A stretch of DNA of 63,092 nt, the filler included, from Sphacelaria rigidula (Eukaryota): assembly GCA_964200075.2 (NCBI GenBank). It is 11 parts of 11 records of this genome, joined end to end, with 100 filler letters (N's around TTAATTAATTAA, not from the genome) between each part and the next. Parts side by side here need not be neighbours in the genome. Positions count along the whole stretch, not along the records: positions 45,961 to 51,604 come from CAXNAA020025610.1; positions 51,705 to 57,348 come from CAXNAA020025611.1; positions 57,449 to 63,092 come from CAXNAA020025612.1; 8 more parts are not named here. One strand, written 5' to 3'. A program made the position numbers and the translations under genes. A model generated the notes under the pieces. That model saw only the letters and a program-made list of their open reading frames with translations, had not been told where the DNA came from and searched no databases. Below, piece after piece: positions 47,971-60,941 of the stretch; the first letter of the stretch is position 1, and each line of letters starts with the position of its first letter.

Positions 47971-50218
47971 TGATTGTTTAATTGATTGTCGCACTTTAAC
48001 TGACCCCCCAGAAGCCCAGCCGTGGTCTCATGATAGACGTACCCAAGAAGAGCAAAACTGAAACACGCTCTGAAGAAAAGAAGGAGCAGAAAGAAAGAAC
48101 GAAAAAGGCCGAACACAACGACATAGCAGACTCGACAGTAAGTCGTAACAAAAAACTATTAAAAAAGTAATGAAAAAAGTAACAAAAAATAGTCCGCACA
48201 AGCAAAGCACAGAAGGAAATGACCGACTTTAAACAAAAAAAAAGGAAAAGCAGAGGAAAGTACAGAGCAAATGAAATAAAATACAATAAAACAATGAAAA
48301 AAGGCCAAGGGATTCAGGGCAGCAGAGCCACCGGCTTAGGACATATCAACAACCGATATGATCAGACAGGATTCTCCAATAATTGGCAGCTCTCGACGCA
48401 GCAGTCTCTCGCTTGTGGCGGCGGTCTGATTTTCGCTTGTTCGCGCGTCGCCACGTGTCCTCAAATTCTTCCGCTCCTTTTTCGACTCCAATTTGCCATT
48501 TGCCCAGATTATTCGCCGCAGTGAACCAATCGTATGCATCGTTAACCTCTACATCGTAGACGAACCACTTTCGTCGGGCTCCTTTGTGCGGGACAGCCCC
48601 TAGAGCACGTAGGTTCTCCTTTAGGGTATCCTCTCATTGCTTGGGGGGGCGGCCGACCTCCTTGGGTCCTCGTGCGGAAAGCCGACCGTTCATGACACGC
48701 TTTGGAAGGCGTGTGTCCTTCTGCCGGACAAGGGCTCCCGCGAAGCAGAGTTGACGTTTGCGGATAGTCGTCTCGATACGTTCGCAGTTGGTCATCTCGA
48801 GCACCGCTCTGTACGAAAGAATCTTGTAGCCACTTCGATCGTTGCTGCAGAATCCAACCACTCGCAGCAAGAGCTTGTGATGGACAGTGCGCAGACTGTT
48901 GAAGTCCTCACAACGTAGCGTCCATGTGGTACACCCATACAACAGAGCTTCCACCACCTCCGCTTTAAGCAGTCGAACTTTCAAGGATAGCTCGGCAGTG
49001 GGTCGGTCGTAGGGTTGGGAGCTATATTTTCGGATACGCGCCCACGCCGCGCTGATACGGCGGTTGATTTCGATGGACATTTTTATATCAGCGCTGATAA
49101 CTCCACCAAGGCAGATGAGCTTCCCCGTCTACTTGTACCGTTGACCAGCGGCTTTGGTATCCAGAGTGGCCTCCGTGGGACTAGGTACTGACCAAGGGCG
49201 CATGGACTCTGTCTTATTCTCGGAGACCATCAGGCCGAATTCCTGGCAGGTCATCACTATCACGGCCATCATTCGAGCAAGGCCTTCTGAGGTCTTCGAT
49301 GCTATGCTGGCGTCGTCCGCATAAAGCATTGCCCACACCGTGCGTCGCACCTTTTCCAGTGGTATCTCTTCCACGGGTTCACCACCGATACCTTGTGGCG
49401 CATCATCTAGAAAGACCAAGTTTGAGACGATGAGTGGATCCGCCGCAAACCGCTGGGCGATCACTTCCACCAAGCCTGCTCCGAAGATGTTGAACAGCAG
49501 CGGAGACGAAACGCAACCTTGTCTGAATCCCTAGCAGACGTCGAACCACGCTGATAATTCGCCACTATCCAGCTGGACTCGAGCTCGCATGCCGTCGTGA
49601 AACATACGGATGGTCGTGATCATTCGCGACGGGACTCCGAACCGAGAAACCACTTTCCACAGGAGCTTGCAGTCTACAGAATCGTAGGCTTTCTACAGAT
49701 CGATAAGGCACATGTTTATTGGGATGTTGCTCGCCCGTCCCAACTCCTGGAGTCGGCGTACTACGAACATCATGTCTATGGTCGATCTTTGGCGCCTAAA
49801 TCCACACTGCTTTTCCGGGAAGACATCTGTTCCCTCACAAAAATCACCGAGCCTGTTGGCTACGATTTTGAGGAGAGCTTTAGCAGCATGTGCCACAAGT
49901 GAAATGCCTCTGTAGTTACTACACTGGGTCCTATCTTGTTTCTTGTGTAGCGCTTTGATGGTGACATCTTTCCATTCTTGCGGCACTTCGCCAGATGTCC
50001 AAACCGCAGAGGCGATGTCGTGGAAGTGGTACAGAATGTCCGACGCCTCCCCGTTGAGTCCAAGCATTAGGATTTCGGCAGGAACACCATGCGGACCGGT
50101 TGCTTTGCCATTCGACATAGCTCTCAGAGCCTCCTTAGTTTAACTTGGGCTCGGTGGGTCTCCTAGTGACAACGATATTGGTCGTTGAGAAATCTTCTCG
50201 ATGATGGTGCGGTCGATA
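47971..50218 (-). mobile_element. 5'-truncated RTE-clade LINE (RT pseudogene, 3' UTR, (CAAT)-like tail), TSD GGCACTGAT
   Basis: KATGPHGVPAEIL, VPQEWKDVTIKALHKKQDRTQCSNYRGISL, QCGFRRQRSTIDMMFVVRRLQE, MLYADD, EINRRISAAW, LLYGCTTWTL, RLPKRVMNGRL..GRPPK across broken ORFs. TSD at 47962-47970 and 50219-50227. A small plus-strand fragment of the family lies at about 51335-51456. Confidence 0.93.
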
Positions 50219-50602
50219 GGCACTGATGGCCTTGATATCCCTGAGTAGAATATCGACACGTGGCTGCAAGCACACGCCAGTCATGGAGGCAAAGAAAAGC
50301 ACAGACGACATGAAAAATCGGCTGAGTTAAAGCAAATGATCAAAGCCACTCTCAATCAGCGCCTTACTCTCAATCTCACGAAAACGATGCTGGTTGTGGT
50401 TCGATATTCTCAGAATATATATCGATTGTTTTTCTCGGTCCGATATGCAACCCTGAGCCGGATGACCTGCAACGACACCTATCTTTCCGCTCCAGATGCA
50501 AACCCTCTGAAAACCCCTTGTTTGTCATGGCGTGCACAACCTCTACACTACGTACGATTAGTCTCCCGCTATTTCGAGCATCCTGAGATTTCGTCAAATT
50601 AA

Positions 50603-50735
50603 CCCTTTGGGAACTAGACCCCCAGGGAGTGCTGATTTTTGTTTTGGTGAATCGGCATCATTTNNNNNNNNNNCAAAATGATGCCGATTCACAAAGATTC
50701 ACAAAACAAGAATCAGCACTTGCGTTCCCAAAGGG
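50603..50735. mobile_element. piggyBac-like non-autonomous element
   Basis: TTAA|CCCTTTGGGAAC...GTTCCCAAAGGG|TTAA with an internal inverted gtgaatcggcatcattt; 10-N gap in the middle. Confidence 0.85.
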
Positions 50736-52566
50736 TTAATGTGGCTCCTCCGTGCACAAATTGAGTTTCAAGTGCGCTACGAGGCCGCATTCATCCCTTG
50801 GCGAAGGGACCGACAATGAGGAACGGTGCCCGCAGTTGTTTCATTCGGCATTTTTTTGTCTCTTTCTCCGCTCCACCAGAATCGTCGAACTGTCGCGAAT
50901 GTTGACCCACTTGTTGACTTTGATTTGAGCGAATGCGTATGGGTGACTGATTGTGTCGTGAGTGTCGGCGACACGTTCGACGCTGTCGCTGACACACCCT
51001 GACTTTCGCCGTTACTTTCCGCGCCATCCATTAGAGGTGCCGCGGAGAGTCGGCCACGGCTCCGGCCGTATGGCCAAGAACGACCGCTGATAATGTAGGA
51101 CTCTACAGTAGTAATAGTAGTAGTAGTACCGTAGTCTGATAATTTGGGCCATTTTGTCCACATGGAAAGTGGACCCCCTGCTACATACAGCTACGTGAGA
51201 GATGCAATTTCCATCGACCGTGATTCTTGCCTACTAGTAGTATTTATGTCACGCCGAGTACATCTCTACTTGCAAACCTATTCTTCTGGGCAGCGGTGCA
51301 TGCACTATTAATATACACTTGTTCACTACACCCCATCATGCACGGGCGATTAATCGCACGAGGGCCCATGGAGGTTGCGGCCGCCCCCCAAAACACTGCG
51401 AGGAAAACCTCCTCGAGAACCTACGTGAGCTAGGGGCTGTTCCGCACAAAGGAACAAAACATACACACGCGGCCATTCGGCTACCTTGTACAGGATTTTC
51501 CAAACGCCACCTCACAGTGGATCTTAGAAAATGGGGTTCATACAAAATATGGGGTTGAAGTGGCATTTCTCTTTTGCAGGAAAGACACGAAACACTTGCG
51601 ACCGNNNNNNNNNNNNNNNNNNNNNNNNNNNNNNNNNNNNNNNNNNNNTTAATTAATTAANNNNNNNNNNNNNNNNNNNNNNNNNNNNNNNNNNNNNNNN
51701 NNNNTTCCTGCAGTTTGAGGTGTCTTTTTCGCCCCCCAAAATTGCCCCTTTTTTTGGGGGGGGGGGGGGGGGGGTGCTACCGTGGGGGTGCTACCGTAGA
51801 AGGTGTCTGTTCTTCTACCCCCTATTTCACGATCCCGTACCTGAGGCGCAAGCGCACACCAACGTTTGAACTCACTGCTGCGGGATAGAGAAATGAATAG
51901 CTCGCGCTGTAGCTATGGATCAACTTGGGAACGGCGTTTTTGGCTCGGGGATCATGGGTTGAAAGTTCAACGAGACACGATGATTTCTGTCAGGCATTTG
52001 TTATATATTGTAGCACACTCACAACCGGCCAAAAAGACTCCACCTTTGAGCGAAGTTTTGTTGCACACACGCGGCCGGCCCTCGTTCCAATACCGACCGG
52101 ATTGTCGGGAAACACAGAACACTGCAATGGTGTGTTGGGTAGGTTGTACAGTACCATACCCTGGTATTGTGGTAGTTTGAAGACTCGCACATCACCTTCC
52201 TAAGTCAGTCGCAATGACTTGTATGGCCTAAGTCAGTCACAGTGACTCGTATGGTATTTTGAGAGGGAAATAACTGCACTGGGGGGCTGACTACTGCTGT
52301 GGGCATGGGTCGGAATCTCCATTCTTGAAAGTACCACAATATCGGGTACATCCTGCTTGACACGCTCGTGCAGCACTGCGTGCAGAAGAAGGGCCAGGGG
52401 TAGGCGTGATGGTCTTCTTCTGCTGTGCGGGTGTTCGTGTGCGCTTGTTCGGGCTGGGTTGTATGGGCTTCGAGTTCATTAGCCACGTGCTTCGGTCACG
52501 CCCGCTGATATGTCCAGACCCGTTTCCGACTGCGTCCCGTACCGAAAGAAATACGAGGCGATCTGT

Positions 52567-52866
52567 AGTTTTGGCCGTATATCTATGGTTGATTTTTTTG
52601 AACAAATTAACAACAACGCTAAGCCAAACCCTAACCCCGACCCAAGGCGTACGAGACCCTCGGGCAAGGAATGCGCATCAGTTCTCCTAGCCAAAAGCGT
52701 GCATCGGCAGACCTGAAATCGACGCCACAGGCGCCAATTTCGACAAAACACGTTCCGGACGAGCTGGGTCCACTGCTCACCTGCCCCGAACCATGAATTT
52801 TCTCATAACTTTCTCAAGTCTAAAATCAAGTAGTCATGTTGTCAACCATAGATATACGACCGAAGC
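52567..52866. mobile_element. MITE of about 300 bp, TIR ..CGTATATCTATGGTTGA, with an internal telomere-like stretch
   Basis: About 26-bp imperfect TIRs; internal aaaccctaacccc. Inverted copy at 53818-54126; partial copies at 10759-11010 and 22225-22384. Confidence 0.85.
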
Positions 52867-54984
52867 TCTATCATAGGTCTATTGGGAAATTCCTCTTTTC
52901 CAAGAAAGTTCATTTTCATGTTTCCTCCGTAAAACGCCCATTGGTCGTTATGGGCAGGCAAGCTGCCTTGCTCGCTCTTTCCTTTGACTTTTTTTCTTGT
53001 CTCGGGAAGACGCGGCATCATGATCGTCATTAAAGGATTCAGACGGTCATTCATACGTCGGAACGCGCAGGAACGAACGTCCGAACAAAAAAAACTTGAT
53101 CGTGATGATTTGTTTTTTTGCGTTTCAAAATTTAATCTCCCTCAATTTTCCCGATAGTTACTTCTTCCGCAGTACCCTCGTCTTGTTGAGCACTTCCACA
53201 CACTGGATAATGACAAAATATTGCATCGTCAAAAAGCGTACTCCGTACAGTGTGGCAAGTATTTGTCTTTTGCAACAGCCGCAATAGCCGGTACTGTGAA
53301 CAGTACACTCTTTGACAATAGACGCAAGAGTCAATACTATACGCAGTACACATTTTGACAATGTAACCTGTTGTCATTATCCAGGGTGCGGAGCATTTTC
53401 CCGTCGCTCCATGACCCGCATTCTCCTCATGTATTACATACCCCCGCGCGCCCCCATAACATTTCTCCGTTTGCGCCTGCTCAACAATTTTACCTTCAAT
53501 TGTTTTGGTAAGTGCGTGCGTGCCGTAGAGCAAGTCACCTAGACATGCATGCATACATGCTTGCGCGCCGCACGCTTGTAGGTCTGTGGGCGATGAGTGA
53601 GTGGTGGAAGGATTGCCCCCCTTACTTTTTCGTTGGTCGATTTTCATTTTATTTTGTGCGTTGTGTTCCGTTGGGAGGTGGGGTTGTTGTGCCCGTTTCC
53701 GCGCGCGCCCACTCGTCACCACGGTAGTGTTCCGTGTATTTGTTGATCACCCCGCAAGGGTCTCGTTCGTATGAGGTGGAAATCACCGAGGGTATGTGCG
53801 AAGGCCAGTAGACCTAAAGCTTTTGTCGTATGTATATTTATGGTTGAAACCATGACAACTTGATTTTAGACTTGAGAAAGTCCTGAGAAAATTCATGGTT
53901 TGGGCGCAGTTGAGGAATGGACCCAGCTCGTCCAGAACGGGTTTTTGTCGAAACCGGCGTTTGTGGCGTCGATTTCAGGTCTGCCTACGCACACTTTTGC
54001 CTAGGGGAACCTATGCACCACCCCTTGCCCGAGAGTCTCGTACGCCTTGGGTCGGGGTCGGGGTTACGGTGAGCGTTGTTGTTAGTTTGTTCGAAAAAAT
54101 CAACCATAAATAGACGACAAAAACGTTAGGTTGCCTCGTGTGGTCTCCAGTCTCTCCCGTCTCCAGGCCGTTTCGATTTTCTGCCCATCATGCGGTGAGG
54201 TCAAAAGTGGGCGTGCCTTCGCTTTTCTTCGTTTTTTTTTTTCGAATAAAATCGTGAACCGATTCATTCGAATGTGCCGCATGTTATAAAGTGGCACTCA
54301 CCTCATTGCACAAAACAGTCGCCATTTGTGCTCTCCTCCCGTTGATATCTGGGACTGCTGCCGAGGTAACCCAACACCCACAAACAAACACACAAAAAAA
54401 CAACAAAAAACAAAAAACAAAAAAAAAAAAAAAAAAACAAAAAAAAANNNNNNNNNNCATGCCGCCTTTTTCCTCTCCCCCCGTGTTTATTGGGGCGGCC
54501 GGCGCGGGGGGCCCCCCCCCCCCCCCCGACCCGGCCAAAAAAGTGCACGGAGGCGATGATCATAAACGCCGTTGGAGCTCATCTGGGTGTTGTAGTTGAT
54601 TTCGAACTGCTACACGCCTCTCATTTGGGCAAAATTGCTGCAAACGAGCCCAGTAGTGGGATCGCAGCCTGTTTGTCGGACGGTCTCCGATGCACTTTTT
54701 GTGGCGGAGCTTTCTCGGCATTAGTCCTGAGTGGGGCAGTAAGTACTATAGTTCGATTCAGCATTTACCAATTTTTCCCAGTCATTTCAAATACTGGTTC
54801 GTACCTATCGCGAATAGTGTCCCCCAATCATCTGTAGTATTTTCATGCACGACCTTTTTTTTTCAACTGCTTTGTGGTGTTTTCCGGCCACTTTTTCACC
54901 TGAACTCATAATAAAAAGCATCTGCGCCTTCCCCCCCGTTGACGCTTTTCCCCTTTGACATCATTATCATGCTCACCACGTCAG

Positions 54985-55138
54985 GTAATGTCAGACGAGT
55001 TTGAAACAGAGGGGCGAACATTTAATGATGGCCATGACCCCATGTGGACCTCCACCACTCACTCGGATGACGCCATGACGTCCAACGGGCTGGGGTCTCA
55101 GATGTTCTACAATTCTTCCTATGGAGGGACCAACAACG
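54985..55138 (+). CDS. Single exon of a KRE6/SKN1-like (GH16) beta-glucan synthesis-associated protein
   Basis: cag|VMSDEFETEGRTFNDGHDPMWTS..QMFYNSSYGGTNNG|gt matches the SDEF..GRTF.DG.DP.W motif of that family. Other exons were not located. Confidence 0.8.
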
Positions 55139-58100
55139 GTGAGAGATGGGACAGCTGGCGATTGATAGGTTACAAGGGTGTGTTGAGTAGGGTATTTTTC
55201 ACTTTTGGGTATTTAAAAAAACCCCGTCAAGTACCCTTTAATAGACAAATCGTCAAGTAGCCAAGACTTGAGTATTGCACGGTTAGAACGAATCGTCACG
55301 ACTACGAATTACCAAATTCATGATTTCTTCGGCCTAATTGCCCCATAGGGAGAAAAAAGTTGACCGCTGGTCCAAGGGGTATCCACGCAACTTTTGCGCC
55401 ATTCCACGTGTCTGGGCTGCGTGTACCTGGGTTGCAACGCTGAAAACGAAGCCTAGGGATTGATTCGTACGATTCGATCCAATTATGCTAAAACCAAGTA
55501 ATTTCCAGACGGATCACTATTCGCCCGACGCTTGGAGTATTGCGATCATACCAACTCTACCCAACAGACCTGAATTTATCAGGTAGAATATGTAGATCGG
55601 GCCATCGCGACACAGAATTCGGGAGAGTAAATACCCAGCTATTTACCCTACCCAACATACCCTTGATAGATTGCTTGCAACCCCAAACAGTGTGGCCGAA
55701 GTAGGTGAGCCGCGGTCTGTTGCCACTCTTCTTTTTTCTTGTTCACGTTTTGGGGGAATGATGGCGTATGCTTGTCTGCGCAAAGACCTTTTCGACCCGA
55801 AGACATGTGCGGAGGCCGACCATTTCTTCATCGCCGGACGGTGTTTCTACTCGTCATTTCAGCGAGAAAATGACGTACTCGTGAGCAGTGATGACTATGG
55901 AAGATGATCATGTCTACAGACAGGTTCCCCTACTGTTGTATTGTTTATTTTGAAGGCTTAGACAATCTTTTATGACCGTCATCAATCTCGATTTTTTCGA
56001 GCATCGGGGGCAACACAGTCGGGGAACGCCTTTTATGGACACCGATATGGACCAAATCGGGGGAGAAAAAATCGAAGTGTCACGATCACGGAACGATTTC
56101 CCCTGGTTTTTCGAAAAAAAAACGGGGGAAATCGTTCCGTGATCGTGACTCCCCCCCAAAATCGTTGAGGTGACGTACGTGCATTGACGTACAATGATGA
56201 GGTACGAGGCGTTTGGTATTTTTGCAACCGCAGCGGAAGACAGTCTCGTGACAGCGCAGGGCGTGCGTGCCCGCACCAGCTGCTGAAGCAGCTTCGTATG
56301 GCGTTTGACAAGCGGATAATAAGTGCTGACGCCGTATCCTGCGGCGATGGTACTACTTGATGCCTCGCTGCGCTGCCATCTGTATCACTACACCGACCGG
56401 TACTGTACTTGCCTAGTCTGTTGTCGCTGTACTCGCAGGGTGATGCATGACACTGAACTAGTGAACTCTTCTCGCGCGCTGTCTGTTCGCTGTTCTCGCC
56501 ATACCGACTGTGCCACCATGTATCACCACACGGCATTATTACGTGCTGTACTGATGAAGTGTCCTGCACTGTATTACCCTGGGGTACGGAGGTACGACAC
56601 TGTACTCGAAGGGTTAGTCACCGCCTGCCTGCTCTTCGGCTTCACGCACAAATACGCAGTGCCACACTCATGTAGAAAATGACCGTTTGTGTACACAAAC
56701 TGTTTCACAATTCTGTGATATTGTACTGTTCTGTCTGTACCATGAAATGGTCCCCCCGATGTTGAGTTCACGAATTTGAGTCTAGAAAGAATCGAGATTC
56801 GTTGCCATGAAAGTTGGTCTCACAAGTGGGTGGAGTTACGCAGTACGTGGATCCAAGGACAACTGGGACCAACGGTTCCTTTACCCCCACCAGTCGATCC
56901 TGAGCCGTGCGATGGATCTAGTAATGGCTCGCCAATTGTGGAATCAACCAATCTACTGGTCGCGAGTGCATCGCGCCGTGACGTGATGATTGTCATTCTC
57001 CGCGTTCGCGTGTCTCAGATTGATGCCCGTATAATACAGTGTCGAGTTGTTTACTCACCCTTTTTCATTCTCTCTCGTGACTCTCTCGTGATCGGGACGA
57101 GTCCCCCGAACAATCTTAGCAGGATGCAGCTCATCCCTCATGCGACTCGCCGAACGCGTGACGGCACTTTGCACTCGGTGATTGCGAGCCTGGTCCGGCG
57201 AAAACCCGGCGTGCGCTCTCCCGGCCTTGTAGGGGTTCGGGGTCAGTGGTCTTGAGCCTACGGGATGCAATATCATCATCAATAGTAGTCCCCCTTTCCT
57301 CCCCCCCCACCGTTTCGCGCTTGGTGGTTTGAGTGCAAGCCTGGTCCGNNNNNNNNNNNNNNNNNNNNNNNNNNNNNNNNNNNNNNNNNNNNTTAATTAA
57401 TTAANNNNNNNNNNNNNNNNNNNNNNNNNNNNNNNNNNNNNNNNNNNNTGAAGACAGAGAAAAAAAAACAGCGCGAGTATCGTGTGCATCGCCGAAGGTG
57501 TGGCGCGGATACAGTGTGCATCACAGCGGTGCACGCACAACGTGCGCCGGCCACGACATTCTGTCGCCGGAATGGCAGGCATGAACATAATTTGGTCTGG
57601 GAGATGGGCGCTGAAGTACGGAGGCAAGAGGTAGTGTTCATGCCATAGCACAGAAACGGCGAAGACGAGACAATATGTGAATGCGAACCCACGGTTCGAC
57701 AGAAAACTACTCCTATCGTAGCACAATACTGCTGCCGCGCCCTGCTGGTGTCATGGGACTTTTATCATCAGTTGGATGGACGAAATGTGGATTCCATCCC
57801 CCAAGGTTTGTCTTCTTCACTTTGTGCATGCGAGCTCCCAACTTCATTCCGATATCACTTGTTTCGACAAAAACATGGCCCGAGCGCGTAGCACTATTAA
57901 AAGATACGAGTTCTTTCGTATGCAATGGCAGTACTGTACTCGGGTTAGGAGGTCTCACTAGGGCTTTCGACAGAAAATACATGTAGAAAACGCCACAATC
58001 ACCAAACCGTTGAAATCGTTCTATTTCGTGAATTCCGCACCGCGTTCGAGCATAGTGTCGACGCAATTGGTGGCCGTCTCGACATCGAGAACGCGCTTTG

Positions 58101-58591
58101 ATGGAGGCGTCTATGGCAGTTCGCGCACCGACGGCACAACGTGCTGAGTGAGTGTCTTGCGGCATTTTTCCATCGAAAAAAAGAGCGATGGCAAGTAATT
58201 TTAGCGAAATTCGACATTGTACCTCGATTTGGGTCGAAGCGAATTTTCAAGCTCTCTATCGGAAAAGGGCGGTTAAATTCGTAAAGCGGTATATGGCCGT
58301 TTGTGAACAATACGGACAGTCCGTACTATCTGCGCTGTTTGAAAACAGTTTTTGTTGAGTTCGTGTCTGCATGTTTCGTGCAGCAGGATGTGAGAGAGGA
58401 ACGGGCAACATGCAGAACCTCCACGGCAGCACCATCTGTTCTCTCTGCCCACAATGCGACGTGAAAAGGACTCGGACAACGCGCAGCTTTGTATATGCAT
58501 TGCGTCTATGACCGCGTCCGCGAGGGGGTTGGCCACCTCACCACGCCGTTCTAACTTTCGTCCCTGCGATGAAAGAAGATAGTCAAGTTTT

Positions 58592-59422
58592 CACACGTCG
58601 GACGAACACGAGTATGAATCGTGGCTTGCACTCGTTGGGCTGCTCGTGGTGAGAAAACGTATTAGGATAAGTACTAGAATCATTAGTCGTGGTGAAAAAG
58701 AATGAAGAGGACGAGTACTCGAGTCATTGGTCGTTGTGGGAATACATTAATAGGGCGAGTACGCGAACCATTGCTCGTGGTGAAACAAAATCACACGTCA
58801 GACTAGTCATTAGTCGTCGAAACGAATGCACTCGTGGACGTTTTGTAAAACACAACGAGCATGACTCGTGAGCTCGAGTCATCGTTTCTTTTTACAACGA
58901 GCAACCACTCGTGTGCTCGAGTCATTCAGTTTCTTCACAACGAGCAATGACTCGTGTGCTCGAGTGATTTTTTTTTAAGAACGAGCAATCACTCGTATAC
59001 TCTAGTCATCATTTTTTCACAGCAAGCAATGACTCGAGTGCTCGCCCTAAAAAATGTAAATACACTACTCGAGAGATACTCTCCGCTGCTTTGGTAAAAC
59101 TCTGATCACTATGTGTGTGGGGGTACTTGGATAAACTGAAAACTAACTTTGGAGCTTGACGCTTGCACATGTGCAGACATGAACATTAACTTGAAGATTC
59201 GAGGTTCAAGATAGTCGAAGAGCTCATTGCAATTATTTGCTCGTCGGATTGCTGGCTACTCCACTTAAGTCATTCATCATGAACAATGACTCGAGTGCTC
59301 GCCCTATTATTTTTTTCACAGCGAGCAATGACTCGAGTACTCACCTTATCAATTTTTACCGCCAACGAGCAGCCCAACGAGTGTGAGTGCCACTAGTCAT
59401 ACTCGTGCTCGTCCGGCGTGTA
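58592..59422. mobile_element. TIR element with arrays of about 41-bp subterminal repeats
   Basis: Ends acacgtcggacgaacacgagtatga / tcatactcgtgctcgtccggcgtgt; internal units acgagcaatgactcgagtgctcg in both orientations. A further partial copy at 59430-59736. Confidence 0.8.
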
Positions 59423-60941
59423 AACAAAATATAGGGCGAATACTCGACTCATTGCTCGTAGTGGCAAAAATTAGTAGGGCGAGTACTCGAGTCATTGCCC
59501 GTGGTGGAAAAAAATAGTAGGGCGAGCGCTCGAGTCATTGCTCGTGGCGGAGAAAATTCATAGGTCTAGCACTCGAGTAATTGTTCGTGGTGAAAAAAAT
59601 CATGACTCCAGTACACGAGTCGTCGGTCTTGGTGAAGACAAATAAATAACTCAAGCACACGAGCCGTAATCGTGGTGCTTTCAAGAAACATTAACGAGTG
59701 CACTCGTTTCGACGAGTAATGACTCGTCCGACGTGTGCAAGGTTTCGCCGACAAAATGTACACACAGCATACGTAACTACTGCAGTGCATCCATCCCTGT
59801 GCTCAACTCCTGCTCAATGGTGCAGGGTTGCGACCGTAGCCAACGATGAGTGGTGTGTACTAGTTTGCATGATAATGTGGACGGATGGTATGTGGCGTGG
59901 TAGTCTATAAGCTAGGGGTCCAGCACCTCTTCGTGCCTTTCCCCCGCATTTTTGTCAGAAAAAGGTTGGCTTCACTGTTTTTCACTTCTCCTCCGCTCGC
60001 CACTAAGGCCGTGTCTTAGCATATCATATTTGGATCGAAACGTGCAGTGGAAAACAGAAACTCCAATGAAATAGATCGTAATTTGAACCAGAATCAAAAT
60101 AGGCCACGACACCTGAATAGCAGGAATGGTATTGGAAGGACGAGCGTACATATGTGACCACGGATTCGAGAGATCGGACAAATGTGCGCAAACAATAATT
60201 TGATACAAAATAGGTGAAATCACGGCTTATCAAATAAGAGTCTTCCTTTTCCACCGTACATTTCCCATATGAAAATGATGTGCGAAGGCACGCCGTAATG
60301 ATATAACAATCGTTGATGCCAACTAGGAGCAGAACCCGGTGGACATATGCGATGGCATTTTGTTTTTCCACCACACTTTTTCGAGCGACAAAAACATACA
60401 CGAAGATATGTCATCCATGGGAGGGTGTTGACGTTGAAACATGATGTTTTACTGCTGCTAGACACCATCCGCCTTTGCGCCTTCGGCGCTAACCTGCGGC
60501 GGGCAGGAATCGCTAAACCAAACCTGATTGGCCCATCTGTACCTCTCCATACATGAGGATCGTTCCCCAGTTGAGACGAACGCCTATTCCGTGGCAACAG
60601 AAAAGGTGAACGCCGTTCGCTTAGCGGTGTTCACTGACCGCGAAAGGAAAAGGTACGAAAGGAACAGGTACGGTAGGTACTGGTATCTTGAAATACCGTG
60701 GTTTCGTGGGTATCGAAGGTATGACACTTGAGAATACCCGATTGGGTCGGTATCGGTAGGGTATGAGATGTCCGAAATACCGGTACCGGGTACCTGCCTT
60801 ATCCTCTATACCGATTTCAAAACTGCCATCCGGCAGTGCGGAAAAGCGTTTGACATCCCTGTCCAAGTTCGGCAATCAAATTATTGATGTGCCCAAGGCG
60901 GGCAGCCCCACCCCCACACGCACGCAACGCACAACGCTAAC

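Noticed and set aside
58592..59736. CRISPR array
   Set aside because: Repeats are degenerate and switch orientation, linkers are similar A/T runs, TIRs enclose the array, there are no cas genes, and the context is eukaryotic.
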